DNA of 64,000 nucleotides from an uncultured bacterium (GTDB taxonomy: Bacteria > Chloroflexota > UBA5177 > JANWHV01): the NCBI GenBank assembly GCA_963827235.1, contig CAWHAE010000016.1, positions 96,001 to 160,000 of the forward strand, read 5' to 3'. Of this stretch, positions 10,460 through 20,060 are shown piece after piece. The translations under genes were made by a program, and so were the position numbers. Position 1 is the stretch's first letter. Every line of letters begins with the position of its first letter. The notes beneath the pieces were generated by a model, which did no database searches, was not told where the DNA came from, and saw only the letters and a list, made by a program, of their open reading frames with translations.

Positions 10460-10509
10460 GCACCGGCCGGGACGAGGCCAGCGGCATAGGTGCGGGCTAT
10501 CGTTGCCAG

Positions 10510-10549
10510 CTGCCGCCGGTGTGCTCCTGAAGGAGCACACCGGCGGCAG
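10510..10549. terminator. Perfect 19-bp inverted repeat after the ABC-1 operon
   Basis: CTGCCGCCGGTGTGCTCCT-GA-AGGAGCACACCGGCGGCAG. Confidence 0.65.
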
Positions 10550-10603
10550 TAGCATTTCGGGCCCGGGCCGGCCTGCTGCGCTGACTGCCTCCGGCAGAAC
10601 AGG

Positions 10604-11050
10604 GTGGTGCATGCGGTGGATAGCGATACCCGGGCGGCACGCGTTCGAAGCGCCTCACCGGGCCGCCAGGCCGGCGACGCACTCTCGAGCTTCTTGGGGG
10701 TGGTCGAGGAAGCGAACATACAAGCCGCTGCCATCACCGTCGCCGTAACTACCATGACCGCCAGCGTCGCCGCGTTGACTGCCGTGTCCGATCGCGTGGC
10801 GAAGATCGAAGGCGAGACTGCCGTAACCGCCGAGCAGATGTGATCCGTGGCGGAGCGTATGCAAGACGCCGTCGACAGTATCGCGACGATCAGCGAGCAG
10901 AGCGCGGCCGGCGCGGAAGGCGTGAGCGGATCAACGCTAGAGCAGACTGCCAGCGTCGAGCAGGTCAGCGTGGGAGCCGGCGAGCTGTCGCAGTGGGCCG
11001 AGCAGGTGCAGGAGCCGATGCCTCACTTCAAGCTCGTGAGCACAAGCTAG
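10604..11050 (+). pseudogene. Methyl-accepting chemotaxis protein C-terminal remnant with an in-frame stop
   Basis: ORFs 10604-10843 and 10847-11050 share a frame, separated by TGA; SIATISEQSAAGAEGVSGSTLEQTASVEQV…ELSQWAEQ…FKL is an MCP methylation-helix pattern; no N-terminal domains. Confidence 0.72.
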
Positions 11051-12090
11051 CGCTGAACGCGTCCCGACGCGTTACCTTCCATGAGCGCTCTGACCTCGGC
11101 GACGGTGACCAGGTTGAGGTCGCCCGGAATCGAATGCTTGAGCGCCGAGGCAGCCGCGGCAAAGTTGAGCGCGTCGACAGCCTCCATGTTCGTGGCCAGC
11201 CCGAAGATGAAGGCACCGGCGAACGCATCGCCCGATCCGACCCGGTCGACAATATGCGTGATATCGTAGTGAGCGCTGGTAAAGAACCCGGCGCCGTCGA
11301 ACAGACAAGCCGACCATCCGTTGTGGCTGGCATTGTGGCTCTCGCGCAGCGTAATGGCCTGGTACCTCAGATTAGGAAATGCCGCGCATACCTTTCGGCA
11401 CAGTGCCTCGTAGCGGGCCGAGCTCACTTCACCGGTGTGAACAGCCCGCTGCCAGTCACCCTCGTCGACGGTGATGCCCAGGCATTGCTGGCAGTCCTCC
11501 TCGTTGGCGATGCCGACGTCCACGTAGCGCACGATCTCGGACATCACTTCGGGTGCCGCCTTGCCGTACTTCCACAGCTTGCCGCGATAGTTGTAGTCAC
11601 ACGAGACCGTGAGACCCTTGTCCTTCGCCGCCCGCACGGCGGCCAGCGAGATGTCGGCCGCCCCGGCACTGATCGAGGGCGTGATGCCCGTGATATGGAA
11701 CCAGCTTGCTCCCTCGAAGATCTTGTCCCAGTCGAAGTCGCTCGTCTTCGCGGCAGCTATGGCCGAGTGGGCGCGATCATACAAGACCACCGAGGCGCGT
11801 TGGTTGGCACCCGCCTCCACGAAGTAGATGCCGACGCGCTGGCCGCCTCGAATGATTCGCGAGGTATCGATGCCCGCTTTGCGAAGCTCACCGATGCAGG
11901 CTTCCCCTACGGCATTGTTCGGCAGCACGGTCACGAACGCCGAATCCAGCCCGAATCGGGCGAGCGAGGTCGCGACATTGGATTCGCCTCCCCCGAAGGT
12001 TGCCTCGAGAGCAGGCGACTGCAGCAAGCGCTCGAACTGGGGAGCCTTCAAGCGCAGCATGATCTCGCCGAGCGTCACCACGCGCGTCAT
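11047..12090 (-). CDS. kdgK: 2-keto-3-deoxygluconate kinase (PfkB family)
   Basis: [52 protein letters not shown]. Confidence 0.9.
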   Translation of the reverse strand: MTRVVTLGEIMLRLKAPQFERLLQSPALEATFGGGESNVATSLARFGLDSAFVTVLPNNAVGEACIGELRKAGIDTSRIIRGGQRVGIYFVEAGANQRASVVLYDRAHSAIAAAKTSDFDWDKIFEGASWFHITGITPSISAGAADISLAAVRAAKDKGLTVSCDYNYRGKLWKYGKAAPEVMSEIVRYVDVGIANEEDCQQCLGITVDEGDWQRAVHTGEVSSARYEALCRKVCAAFPNLRYQAITLRESHNASHNGWSACLFDGAGFFTSAHYDITHIVDRVGSGDAFAGAFIFGLATNMEAVDALNFAAAASALKHSIPGDLNLVTVAEVRALMEGNASGRVQR

Positions 12091-12744
12091 CGGGAAGCCT
12101 CGCCTCCGGCACGAACCGACACTACGATCCGGCACGCCTCAGCCGCTGCCTGTTTGATCTCCGTCGAACCGGCCGGCGGCGATCAGCGCCGCGGACGCCA
12201 TCCAGCTTCCTCCGACGGCGAGCACATTCGGCAGCCGAAGATAATCGCCGGCGTTGGCGGCGCTGATGCCGCCCGTGGGAACGAACTTGAGGCCTCCAAA
12301 CGGTCCGGAGAACGCCTTGAGCATGCGAACGCCGCCCAGTTCTTCCGCCGGGAAGAACTTGAGCACCTTCAGGCCCTTGGCCCTGGCCATCATGACCTCG
12401 GTCGGCGTGGCCGCTCCCGGCGTAACGGCGATGTCGCGCGCCAGGCACCAGTCGACGATGGCAGGGTCAAATCCTGGTGAGACGACAAACCGCGCGCCTG
12501 CGTCTACTGCCTGCTCGGCCTGCTCGAGCGTCATAACCGTTCCAGCACCGACCAGCATGTTCGGCAGCCGCGTCGCGATATCGCGAATGGCGTCCCTGGC
12601 CGCCGCGGTGCGGAAGGTGATCTCCGCCACCGGCAGCCCTCCGCCGGCAAGTGCCTCCGCGAGCGGCACGGCATCTTCGACTCTGTCGATCTTGATCACC
12701 GGCACCAGTCCGACCTGGCCTATAGCTCCGAGCACGTCAGTCAT
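12087..12744 (-). CDS. eda: KDPG/KHG aldolase with an apparent +1 frameshift near the C-terminus
   Basis: AEITFRT, GAGTV, VSPG, TPTE, LKFFPA, FVPTGGI, VGGSW. Removing one base at 12161-12162 gives [14 protein letters not shown]…EASR*, whose TGA overlaps the kdgK ATG. Confidence 0.88.
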
Positions 12745-13009
12745 ATATAACTCCACATTCCTTAGATCTTCGCAAGAATCCGGCATGCACAAGTCTACCG
12801 CTATTGCGGTCGGTCAGGAGACCGCAAAAGGGCGTTGCCGCCGGTCCGAGCACGATGCCGGAGTTGCCCCGGGGCATATCACCGATCTGATGAGGCGCCG
12901 AGTCCCATCCGCCAGCCCGAGCGCATGGCGGGAAGCTTCAGCAGAGACCGGCCGCAGACATGACGTGCGTCTGACGTGTCATGGCCTTGAGTGCCAAGAG
13001 CGAAGCATA

Positions 13010-13813
13010 CTACTGCGACAGATGGTCGTTGGCAGGCTCCTGGTTCTCCGGCTCGTCCAGCCTGTAGCCCGAGGTAACGAGCTCCATGAGCTCGTTGACC
13101 GTGGTGTCCTTGGTCCGCTGATCGTACGTGATCTTGCCGCCACTGACGAAGTTGATGCGGTCTGAGATCTCGAAGATCTGCGCGTAGTTGTGGGCAATCA
13201 GGATGATGGACACATCGCCGCGCCGCTTCAGCTCCCGCACCAGATTGAGCACGAGGCGACCCTCGCGCACGCCCAAGGCAGCCAAGGGCTCGTCGAGAAT
13301 CAGCAGGGTCGGGTTGGCGTAGATCGAGCGCGCAACCGCGATCGATTGGCGTTGCCCGCCGGAGAGCTGCGCCACGGTGCTCTCGATGCTGGGAAGACGA
13401 ATGCCCAGGCTATCCAGATAGGTGCGCGTCTGGCGGCGCATGAGCTTGTGATCCAGAAGGGGCACGCCCAACACGCGCCGGAGCGGCTCACGACCCAGGA
13501 ACATGTTGTGGTAGACGGTCAGGTCGTTCACCAGGGCCAGATCCTGATAGACGGTCTGGATGCCCAGTGCGCGCGCGTCAATAGGGGAGTTCAGATTCAG
13601 CGGCTTGCCCTGGAACGTGAGTGTGCCGCCGTCGGGCTTGTGGAATCCGGAGATGATCTTGATCAGGGTGGACTTGCCGGCGCCGTTGTCCCCGACCAGT
13701 CCCAGTACTTCGCCCCGGCGCAGATGCATGCTCACGTCGGTCAGGGCGGTGACCGCGCCAAATCGCTTGCTGATGTGCTCCGCCTGGAGAATGATCGGCG
13801 CTTCCTCGACCAT
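13010..13813 (-). CDS. Sugar ABC transporter ATP-binding protein (paralog of 9644-10459)
   Basis: GDNGAGKS, LSGGQRQ, LDEPLAALGVREGRLVL shared with the ABC-1 ATPase. Confidence 0.93.
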   Translation of the reverse strand: MVEEAPIILQAEHISKRFGAVTALTDVSMHLRRGEVLGLVGDNGAGKSTLIKIISGFHKPDGGTLTFQGKPLNLNSPIDARALGIQTVYQDLALVNDLTVYHNMFLGREPLRRVLGVPLLDHKLMRRQTRTYLDSLGIRLPSIESTVAQLSGGQRQSIAVARSIYANPTLLILDEPLAALGVREGRLVLNLVRELKRRGDVSIILIAHNYAQIFEISDRINFVSGGKITYDQRTKDTTVNELMELVTSGYRLDEPENQEPANDHLSQ

Positions 13814-14880
13814 CACGGCCTCCTGCGCTCGCGAGCGGTGTTCACCCAAACGTTGAGGATCATGGCACCGACGATGGCCGCGCCAAGATAGATATCGGAT
13901 TGTGTCGCCTGAGCGCCGAGGAGAACCAGTCCATCATTGAGCGAAGCGACTACAAAGGCACCGATCAGAGCACCAATCGCCGTGCCGACGCCGCCGAACA
14001 AGGACGTGCCGCCGATAACGGCCGCGCCGATAGCCTGCAGGGTGAGATTGGGGCCGCCAGCCAGAGGATCAGCCGATCCGTACTGTATACAGTTGATGAT
14101 CCCGGCCAGCGCCGCGGCAGCGCCGACGATCATGAAGTTGTAGACCTTGATGCGGTCGGCGCGCACGCCGATCTCCCTCGCGGCAAGCAGGTTGCTGCCG
14201 GTGGCCGTCGTGTGAAGGCCGAACTTCGTGTGCAGCAGCACCATCGTCAACACCACCACCACCCCGGCAGCCCAGAGAAATGGCGTATATGCAGTGATCG
14301 TGGGCCACGAGAAGAACGAGTTGAGCGGGCTGAAGAGGTTCTCGCCGAAGATCTTGTTGAATGGCTCTTGCATGGGGTCGTCGAGCGGGATGCTGTTTCC
14401 GATGCTGATCGTGATGCCGTTCAAGAGGAAGAAGGTGCCCAGCGTGGTGATGAGGGAAGGCACGCGGAACATAACGGTGATGAGCCCGTTGACAAGGCCG
14501 ATCACCACGCCGATCACGATGGCCACGAGCGCCGCCAGCCACAGGTTAAAGCCGTTCACGGTTGCCAACATGATCATGACGTACGGGGCCAGGCTGAACG
14601 TGCTGCCTACGGAGAGATCGATCTCCCCGGTTATCATCAACATCACCATGGCCGCCGAGATGAGACCGATCCGGCCCGTGTCTCGCAACACCACGCTGAT
14701 CTCGGAGTTGGTGAGGAACGTGGTATTGCGCGCCTGGAAGAAGACGGTCAGCACAATGGCGACGAGCAGGATACTGGTTTCTCGATAGCGGGACAGAAAG
14801 ACCAGAACGCTTTCGAATCTGCCCGGAGGAGCCTGGCCAGGACGCCCCGGGCTACTTGCTGATGTGCTCACCTGTGCCAT
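13813..14880 (-). CDS. Sugar ABC transporter permease (paralog of 8574-9647)
   Basis: MITGEIDLS, VPSLITTLGTFF, AVIGGTSLFGG. Confidence 0.92.
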   Translation of the reverse strand: MAQVSTSASSPGRPGQAPPGRFESVLVFLSRYRETSILLVAIVLTVFFQARNTTFLTNSEISVVLRDTGRIGLISAAMVMLMITGEIDLSVGSTFSLAPYVMIMLATVNGFNLWLAALVAIVIGVVIGLVNGLITVMFRVPSLITTLGTFFLLNGITISIGNSIPLDDPMQEPFNKIFGENLFSPLNSFFSWPTITAYTPFLWAAGVVVVLTMVLLHTKFGLHTTATGSNLLAAREIGVRADRIKVYNFMIVGAAAALAGIINCIQYGSADPLAGGPNLTLQAIGAAVIGGTSLFGGVGTAIGALIGAFVVASLNDGLVLLGAQATQSDIYLGAAIVGAMILNVWVNTARERRRP

Positions 14881-15112
14881 TTTCGCTTCTTCTCTGCCTC
14901 AATCACTTGGGCCACACCGAACAAAGCCTTATCCAGGCGCCACCGGAGATCCTTCGACTTTGCGATAGATCCCGGCGGCGCCTGCTCAGGCCAGCTTATC
15001 TCGCAGCTAGTGTAACGACCCCTGAGACCGGGCGAGTTCCGTGACAAGCAGCGATCTCGGGTATCGTCGCAGATTAGACGAGCCGTGTCGCCTAATCCAG
15101 CACACGCAGCTG

Positions 15113-16156
15113 CTACATAGGCTCGGCAGTTGTGCTGCCTTCAAACCGGCTCTTCGTGGCAGTGTAGATGTTCACGTTGGCCTTGGTTACATAGGCCAAG
15201 CTCGTGTCGACGTTGGCCGGCGAGACCGCGCCTCCCGAGAGCTTGTACATGTACATCTGCACAATAGGCAAGAAGCCTTGCAGATAGGGCTGCTGATCCG
15301 TGGTGAAGGTCATGTCCCCACTGGCAATCAGGGCAAGGGTCTGCGGCAGCAAGTCGTATCCGGCCGAGATCACGCCCTTTGCCGCCAGGCCGTACTTCTT
15401 GGAGATCAGGCCGCAGGCCAGTGTGTCGGTGGCGCCGGTGCCGAAAAGGCCCGCCACGGACTTGTGGCTGAGATAGTAGCTCTCGATGCGGGACAGCTCG
15501 TCCGAGGACTGAACGCCTGAGTTGACCACGTCGTAGGTCACCGGATTGCCGGCGTCCTTGATCGCCTGCATGTAGCCGTTGAGCCGAGGCTGGAGATTGA
15601 GCGATCCGGGCGTGGCAATGGACAGCATCACGTGGCTGCCCTTCTTGAGCATCGGCAGCCACTTGTTGGCGATATTGTAGCCGGATTGGTACAGGCTCTG
15701 GCCCACGTAGGAGAGGCGCCCGTTCCCGGTGGTGTCGGCATTGTAGCCGATGACCGGAATGCCGACGCTGAGAGCATCGAGAGTCGGCTTGTTGAAAGCC
15801 TTCGGGTCCACGAGAGATACGGCGATGCCGTCGACCTTGGCCGCGATGGCGGTCTGCATTGCCGCGACCATCTCGGAGACGACGCTGTTCTGTGAGCCCG
15901 TCCACTGGCTGGTGCTGCCCGTCCAGGCGCACGCGTCCTCGATGCCATACTGGGTAGGAGTGAAGAAGGGATTGGTCGTCACATGGTTCACGAAGACGAA
16001 TTTGTAGGATTTCTTGGGTAAACCCGTACCTGCCGCCAGAGCTTCCTGTACCGAGGCACCGCCCAGGCCCGCGGCAAGTGCCGCGCCGCCCAGACCCATC
16101 GCCGCCATGCCGAGAGCCTTTCGCCGGCTCAGCTCGAGTCTCGTATCTTCAGCCAT
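15113..16156 (-). CDS. Sugar ABC transporter substrate-binding protein with Tat signal (paralog of 7223-8293)
   Basis: SRRKAL Tat motif, KFVFVNHVTTNPFFTP identical to SBP-1, DQQPYLQGFLP; GAGGAG RBS. Confidence 0.9.
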   Translation of the reverse strand: MAEDTRLELSRRKALGMAAMGLGGAALAAGLGGASVQEALAAGTGLPKKSYKFVFVNHVTTNPFFTPTQYGIEDACAWTGSTSQWTGSQNSVVSEMVAAMQTAIAAKVDGIAVSLVDPKAFNKPTLDALSVGIPVIGYNADTTGNGRLSYVGQSLYQSGYNIANKWLPMLKKGSHVMLSIATPGSLNLQPRLNGYMQAIKDAGNPVTYDVVNSGVQSSDELSRIESYYLSHKSVAGLFGTGATDTLACGLISKKYGLAAKGVISAGYDLLPQTLALIASGDMTFTTDQQPYLQGFLPIVQMYMYKLSGGAVSPANVDTSLAYVTKANVNIYTATKSRFEGSTTAEPM

Positions 16157-16452
16157 AGTTACTCTCCTCGTCCTGTCTAGCCTGACCGAGTCAGGCTGTT
16201 CGGCGTCATCGCCAGGGATGCAGAAGGAACCAATGCCGAGACTAGTTCGGGCGGTACGCGCGAACCACACCTCCCTTCAAATCCGGTAGCCGACCTCGTC
16301 CGTAACGACGCACTCAGTGTACTACGATCTACGAACCGACGGCACGACTGTCAGCCAGCTCTCCTAAGCGACGTCCTGTCGCGCTTGCGCGAGACCCGCC
16401 GAGCTACTCCGGTGCGCCGGAGACCGGTCAGCCACGCAGGTGGCTCTGCCGC

Positions 16453-16481
16453 ACTATAGCAGAGACGACTCTGAAGGTAAA
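16453..16481 (-). promoter_or_regulatory. Putative sigma70 promoter for the ABC-2 operon
   Basis: TTTACC-17 nt-TATAGT with extended TG; implies a ~290-nt leader. Confidence 0.5.
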
Positions 16482-16492
16482 GCGGTTGGCCC

Positions 16493-17131
16493 TCACTGAG
16501 ATCTGCCACGCTTCACCTCCTCGACGAAGCGCTGAGCCAGCGAGGTCAGGGTGGCGAGGTCACGGGCGTCGAGCAGCTTCTGGCTGACCAGGGCGCTGCC
16601 CACGGCTACCGCGTCGGCACCTGCGCGAATGAACGCCGCGGCAGTCTCCAGGTTGACGCCGCCGGTCGGTACCAATCTGAGCTGAGGTAGCGGCGCCTTG
16701 ACCGCGGCGATGTAGGGCGGCCCGCCGGCGTCGGCCGGGAACACTTTAACCAGGTCCGCCCCGGCCTCCCACGCCGTGAGCATCTCCGTGGGGGTGTAGG
16801 TTCCCGGTATGACCGGGACGGCGTATCGACGACACAGGGCCACGGTCTGCAGATTCAGCGTGGGAGAGACGACGAACTGAGCGCCGGCCAGTATTGCCGC
16901 CCGAGCCGTCTCAGGATCCAGTACGGAGCCCACGCCAAAGCTGACGTCGTGGCCGAACTTGACCACGGCGCTCTCTATCACTTCAAGTGCGTTCGGAGTT
17001 GTCATGGTCACTTCGATGGCCACTACTCCCCCCGCATGGATTGCCTCCGCCGCTGCCAGCAGCTGATCGGAGTTCTTGGCCCGCATGATGGCGATCACTC
17101 CGCTGTGCCGAATGCGATCCAACGTGGTCAT
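16493..17131 (-). CDS. Second KDPG/KDPGal-type aldolase (Eda/DgoA family)
   Basis: IAIMR, IEVTMTTP, GVGSV, VSP, TPTE, VKVFPA, LVPTGGV, VGSAL. Confidence 0.9.
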   Translation of the reverse strand: MTTLDRIRHSGVIAIMRAKNSDQLLAAAEAIHAGGVVAIEVTMTTPNALEVIESAVVKFGHDVSFGVGSVLDPETARAAILAGAQFVVSPTLNLQTVALCRRYAVPVIPGTYTPTEMLTAWEAGADLVKVFPADAGGPPYIAAVKAPLPQLRLVPTGGVNLETAAAFIRAGADAVAVGSALVSQKLLDARDLATLTSLAQRFVEEVKRGRSQ

Positions 17132-17350
17132 GGCTACGCTTCCATCCTTCCTGCCTGTTGCTGAAGCAAGCACGCGGCTAAGCGATCTGCTCGTCGAGGG
17201 TCACGTCTCAACCGGTCGCTCATCGAATACTGTAGCGGCAGGGCGATGCGCCCTCAAGACGCATGGGGCTCGTCTGGCGGTCGGGCGGGGAGCATTGCGT
17301 TCTTCATATCTCCGGGACGCAACAGCAGGACGAGCAGCCCTACCGGCACG

Positions 17351-17359
17351 TGGTATCAT
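17351..17359 (+). promoter_or_regulatory. Extended -10 element (TGgTATCAT) upstream of the homocysteine methyltransferase
   Basis: Consensus match 25 nt upstream of the GGAGG RBS. Confidence 0.35.
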
Positions 17360-17395
17360 TGCCGAGTCAGCGGTTGCGTGAGCTGGAGGCGGTCG

Positions 17396-18265
17396 GTGGC
17401 GGTGCAATTGCAGGAGCTTCTCGGATCGCGTGCGGTGGTCGGGGATGGGGCGTGGGGCACGCAGATGCAGGAGCGCGGACTGCCGGCCGGCATGTGCCCG
17501 GATAGCTGGAACCTGGAGCAGCCCGAACAGGTGGAGCAGGTAGCCAGAGCCTATGTAGACGCCGGCAGCCAAATCATCCTCACGAACACATTTCGATCCA
17601 ACCCGATCTCGCTGGCCGGCTACGGACTGGCTCTCCGCGCCGGCGAGATCAACAGAGCTGGAGCGGAGATCTCCCGCAGAGCGGCCGACGGTCGCGCACT
17701 CGTCGTCGGCTCGATGGGACCGAGCGGGCGTTTGATCAGCATGGGTGAGGTGAGCGAGCAAGACCTGCGCGAGGCGTTTCTCCTGCAAGCTCACGCTCTC
17801 GCCGAAGGCGGGGTACACGGTATTGTCGTCGAAACCGTAGCCGATCTGGAAGAGGCACTGATCGCCGTCCGCGCCTCGCGCGAGACCGGCCTGCCGGTGA
17901 TCGCGAGCATGGTCTTCGACTCGGGCAAGCAAAAGGACCGGACGATGATGGGCATCCGGCCTGAGCAGGCGGCTGAGGCACTCGAGCAGGCGGGAGCAGC
18001 TGCCATAGGCGCGAACTGCGGTCTCGGCATAGCCGGTCTCGTCCCGATATGCCGAAGACTGCGAGCCGCCTCAAGCCTGCCTATCTGGATTAAGCCCAAC
18101 GCCGGCATGCCTCTCCTGGAGAACGGCCGGCCGGTCTACTCCACCACGCCGGAGGAGTTTGCGGAGCACGCGCTGCAGCTGGTTGAAGCCGGCGCGAACG
18201 TCGTCGGGGGATGCTGCGGCACCACACCGGCGTTCGTCTCCGCACTCACGCGCAGCCTGGCCTGA
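17396..18265 (+). CDS. Homocysteine S-methyltransferase family protein (stand-alone MetH Hcy-binding domain)
   Basis: DGAWGT, AGSQIILTNTF, GSMGPSG, VET, GANC and GGCCGTTP zinc ligands, KPNAGMP; GGAGG RBS. Confidence 0.92.
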   Translation: MAVQLQELLGSRAVVGDGAWGTQMQERGLPAGMCPDSWNLEQPEQVEQVARAYVDAGSQIILTNTFRSNPISLAGYGLALRAGEINRAGAEISRRAADGRALVVGSMGPSGRLISMGEVSEQDLREAFLLQAHALAEGGVHGIVVETVADLEEALIAVRASRETGLPVIASMVFDSGKQKDRTMMGIRPEQAAEALEQAGAAAIGANCGLGIAGLVPICRRLRAASSLPIWIKPNAGMPLLENGRPVYSTTPEEFAEHALQLVEAGANVVGGCCGTTPAFVSALTRSLA

Positions 18266-18320
18266 TCCGGCCGAAGCGTGGCCATCGAGCCGGACACATT
18301 CGACGGCCGCCCAACCGAGA

Positions 18321-19754
18321 CTACTGCGCGCTGCGCCCTGCCGGGCCGGAATGGAACACGGTGCAGGTGCCGCCCGAGGCCTTCGCCGCGTACATGGCCC
18401 GGTCGGCACAGTCCAGGACCGTAGCAGCGTCGACGGCGTGCTCCGGATACAGGGCAATGCCGATGCTGACAGACAGCGCGCGCCGGCACTCGCCCAGATC
18501 AGCCGGCTCTACCAGCGCAGCGTGCATGCGTGCTGCCGCGCACTCAGCCCCTTCCGCGTTGGCGCCCGGCAACAGAACCGCGAACTCGTCTCCGCCGAGC
18601 CGTGCCATGGTGTCGCTCTGCCGCAACGTGGCGGACAGCCTTGTCGCCACTTCCTGCAGAGCGCGGTCGCCGACCCGATGTCCGAGCAGATCGTTAATGG
18701 CCTTGAAGTGGTCGAGGTCCAGGATGCAGACTGCATAGCTGGTAGCCTGGCGGCGGGCAGTCGCGAGATCCTGTTCGAGGCGGTCCAGCAGGAGCGCGCG
18801 GTTCGGCAGTCCGGTCAGCGGGTCGTGCAGCGCGCGGTGTGCGAAGTGTTCCTGGATGAGCTTCAGATCGGTAATATTGCGCGAAATCCCTACCAACCCC
18901 ACCACGTCGCCCTGTCGTGCCATGGGCACCTTGGTCGACTGCACCCACCACGGTTTGCCGAAGTGGTGCGACTGATCCTCGACCGCTCCAACCAGGGGCA
19001 CGCCGGTGCGCATGATTTCCTGCTCCTGCTGAAAGAGCAGCTGGGCTACCTGCGGATCGAAGAAGTCAAAATCGGTCTTACCGAGCAGGTCGCCAGGGTT
19101 CTGCAAGCCAAAGTACGCTGCCTGAGCCTTGTTGGCGAACGTGAACCGGGATTGCCGGTCTTTGATGTAGACCTGATCGGGAGCGGAATCTACCAGCGTC
19201 TGGAGCAGATCGCGCTCCAGGAGGAGCTCACCGGTATTGCCGCTGTTGGCCGGGGCTTCGATCAGCGTGGTGAGCGACCACTGGGTTGACTTCGTGCGAC
19301 CGGGCACCGGAGCGCAGCTCAGGCGAATGGCCAGGTGTTCGCCCGTGCCGCGTATGGCATACGCCGGCCCGTCGTAGGCGCCGAGCTGCGGTAACAGGGG
19401 CAATGTCTCTTCGCACATGGCAGTTGTGGGCGGGACCTCCAGCAGGTGGCTGGCCGGGAGCCCGCGGAGCTGTGCCAAGGGAATGGCCCACAATTGCTCG
19501 GCAACAGGATTGGCGTACCAGAGTAGGCTGTTCTGGTCCCAGATGACGACCGCCGCGGCAAGCGACCCGTACACGCCGGCGCAGCGCGTGAGCGACGAAA
19601 GCGTCGCGCGTTGCCACGTGTCAGTCCCGGTAAGCTGCGGGGTGGCATCAATTGCCACGGCCATCGACCCCCAAGATGGGGCACTCGCGCCTATTGCTCC
19701 GATTGCATCGGCTGCGGTTCTCATTCGGTCCAAGTTTAGGGCCGGGATCAGCAT
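18321..19754 (-). CDS. PAS-PAS-GGDEF diguanylate cyclase
   Basis: DPLTGLPNR, DLDHFKAIND, RQSD I-site followed by GGDEF; PAS segment IKDRQSRF…GKTDFDF; start uncertain. Confidence 0.9.
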   Translation of the reverse strand: MLIPALNLDRMRTAADAIGAIGASAPSWGSMAVAIDATPQLTGTDTWQRATLSSLTRCAGVYGSLAAAVVIWDQNSLLWYANPVAEQLWAIPLAQLRGLPASHLLEVPPTTAMCEETLPLLPQLGAYDGPAYAIRGTGEHLAIRLSCAPVPGRTKSTQWSLTTLIEAPANSGNTGELLLERDLLQTLVDSAPDQVYIKDRQSRFTFANKAQAAYFGLQNPGDLLGKTDFDFFDPQVAQLLFQQEQEIMRTGVPLVGAVEDQSHHFGKPWWVQSTKVPMARQGDVVGLVGISRNITDLKLIQEHFAHRALHDPLTGLPNRALLLDRLEQDLATARRQATSYAVCILDLDHFKAINDLLGHRVGDRALQEVATRLSATLRQSDTMARLGGDEFAVLLPGANAEGAECAAARMHAALVEPADLGECRRALSVSIGIALYPEHAVDAATVLDCADRAMYAAKASGGTCTVFHSGPAGRSAQ

Positions 19755-20060
19755 CTGACAATAAGCATATTGGACAACTCAGCAGGCAGAGTACAAAGTT
19801 CGTGTCGCCGGTCACGCCTGCGACAGGTGAAGCATTTGTCCGGTTGGTGCGCCCGCGCTCGCGGCAGGCTAGACCGGCTCAAGGTGCGCCGAGCATAGCC
19901 TGGAGGACCGTCGGAGCCGGACGCAGCGGTACCATGGCCCTGAGAGTCGTCGCGACCCGGGTATACGGTCCGCCGTTTGCAACCGATGACAGGCCACGAC
20001 CTGCCTACAGAGCACGGCTTGCGCCGGGGCCGGCACGCGGCACAGGCGGCCGCGGCGCGT

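Noticed and set aside
10840-12480. 546-aa plus-strand ORF and many similar long ORFs (e.g. 26597-27970, 35557-36708, 42354-43505)
   Set aside because: They are antisense shadows of well-supported genes in high-GC DNA, with Arg-rich composition and no motifs.
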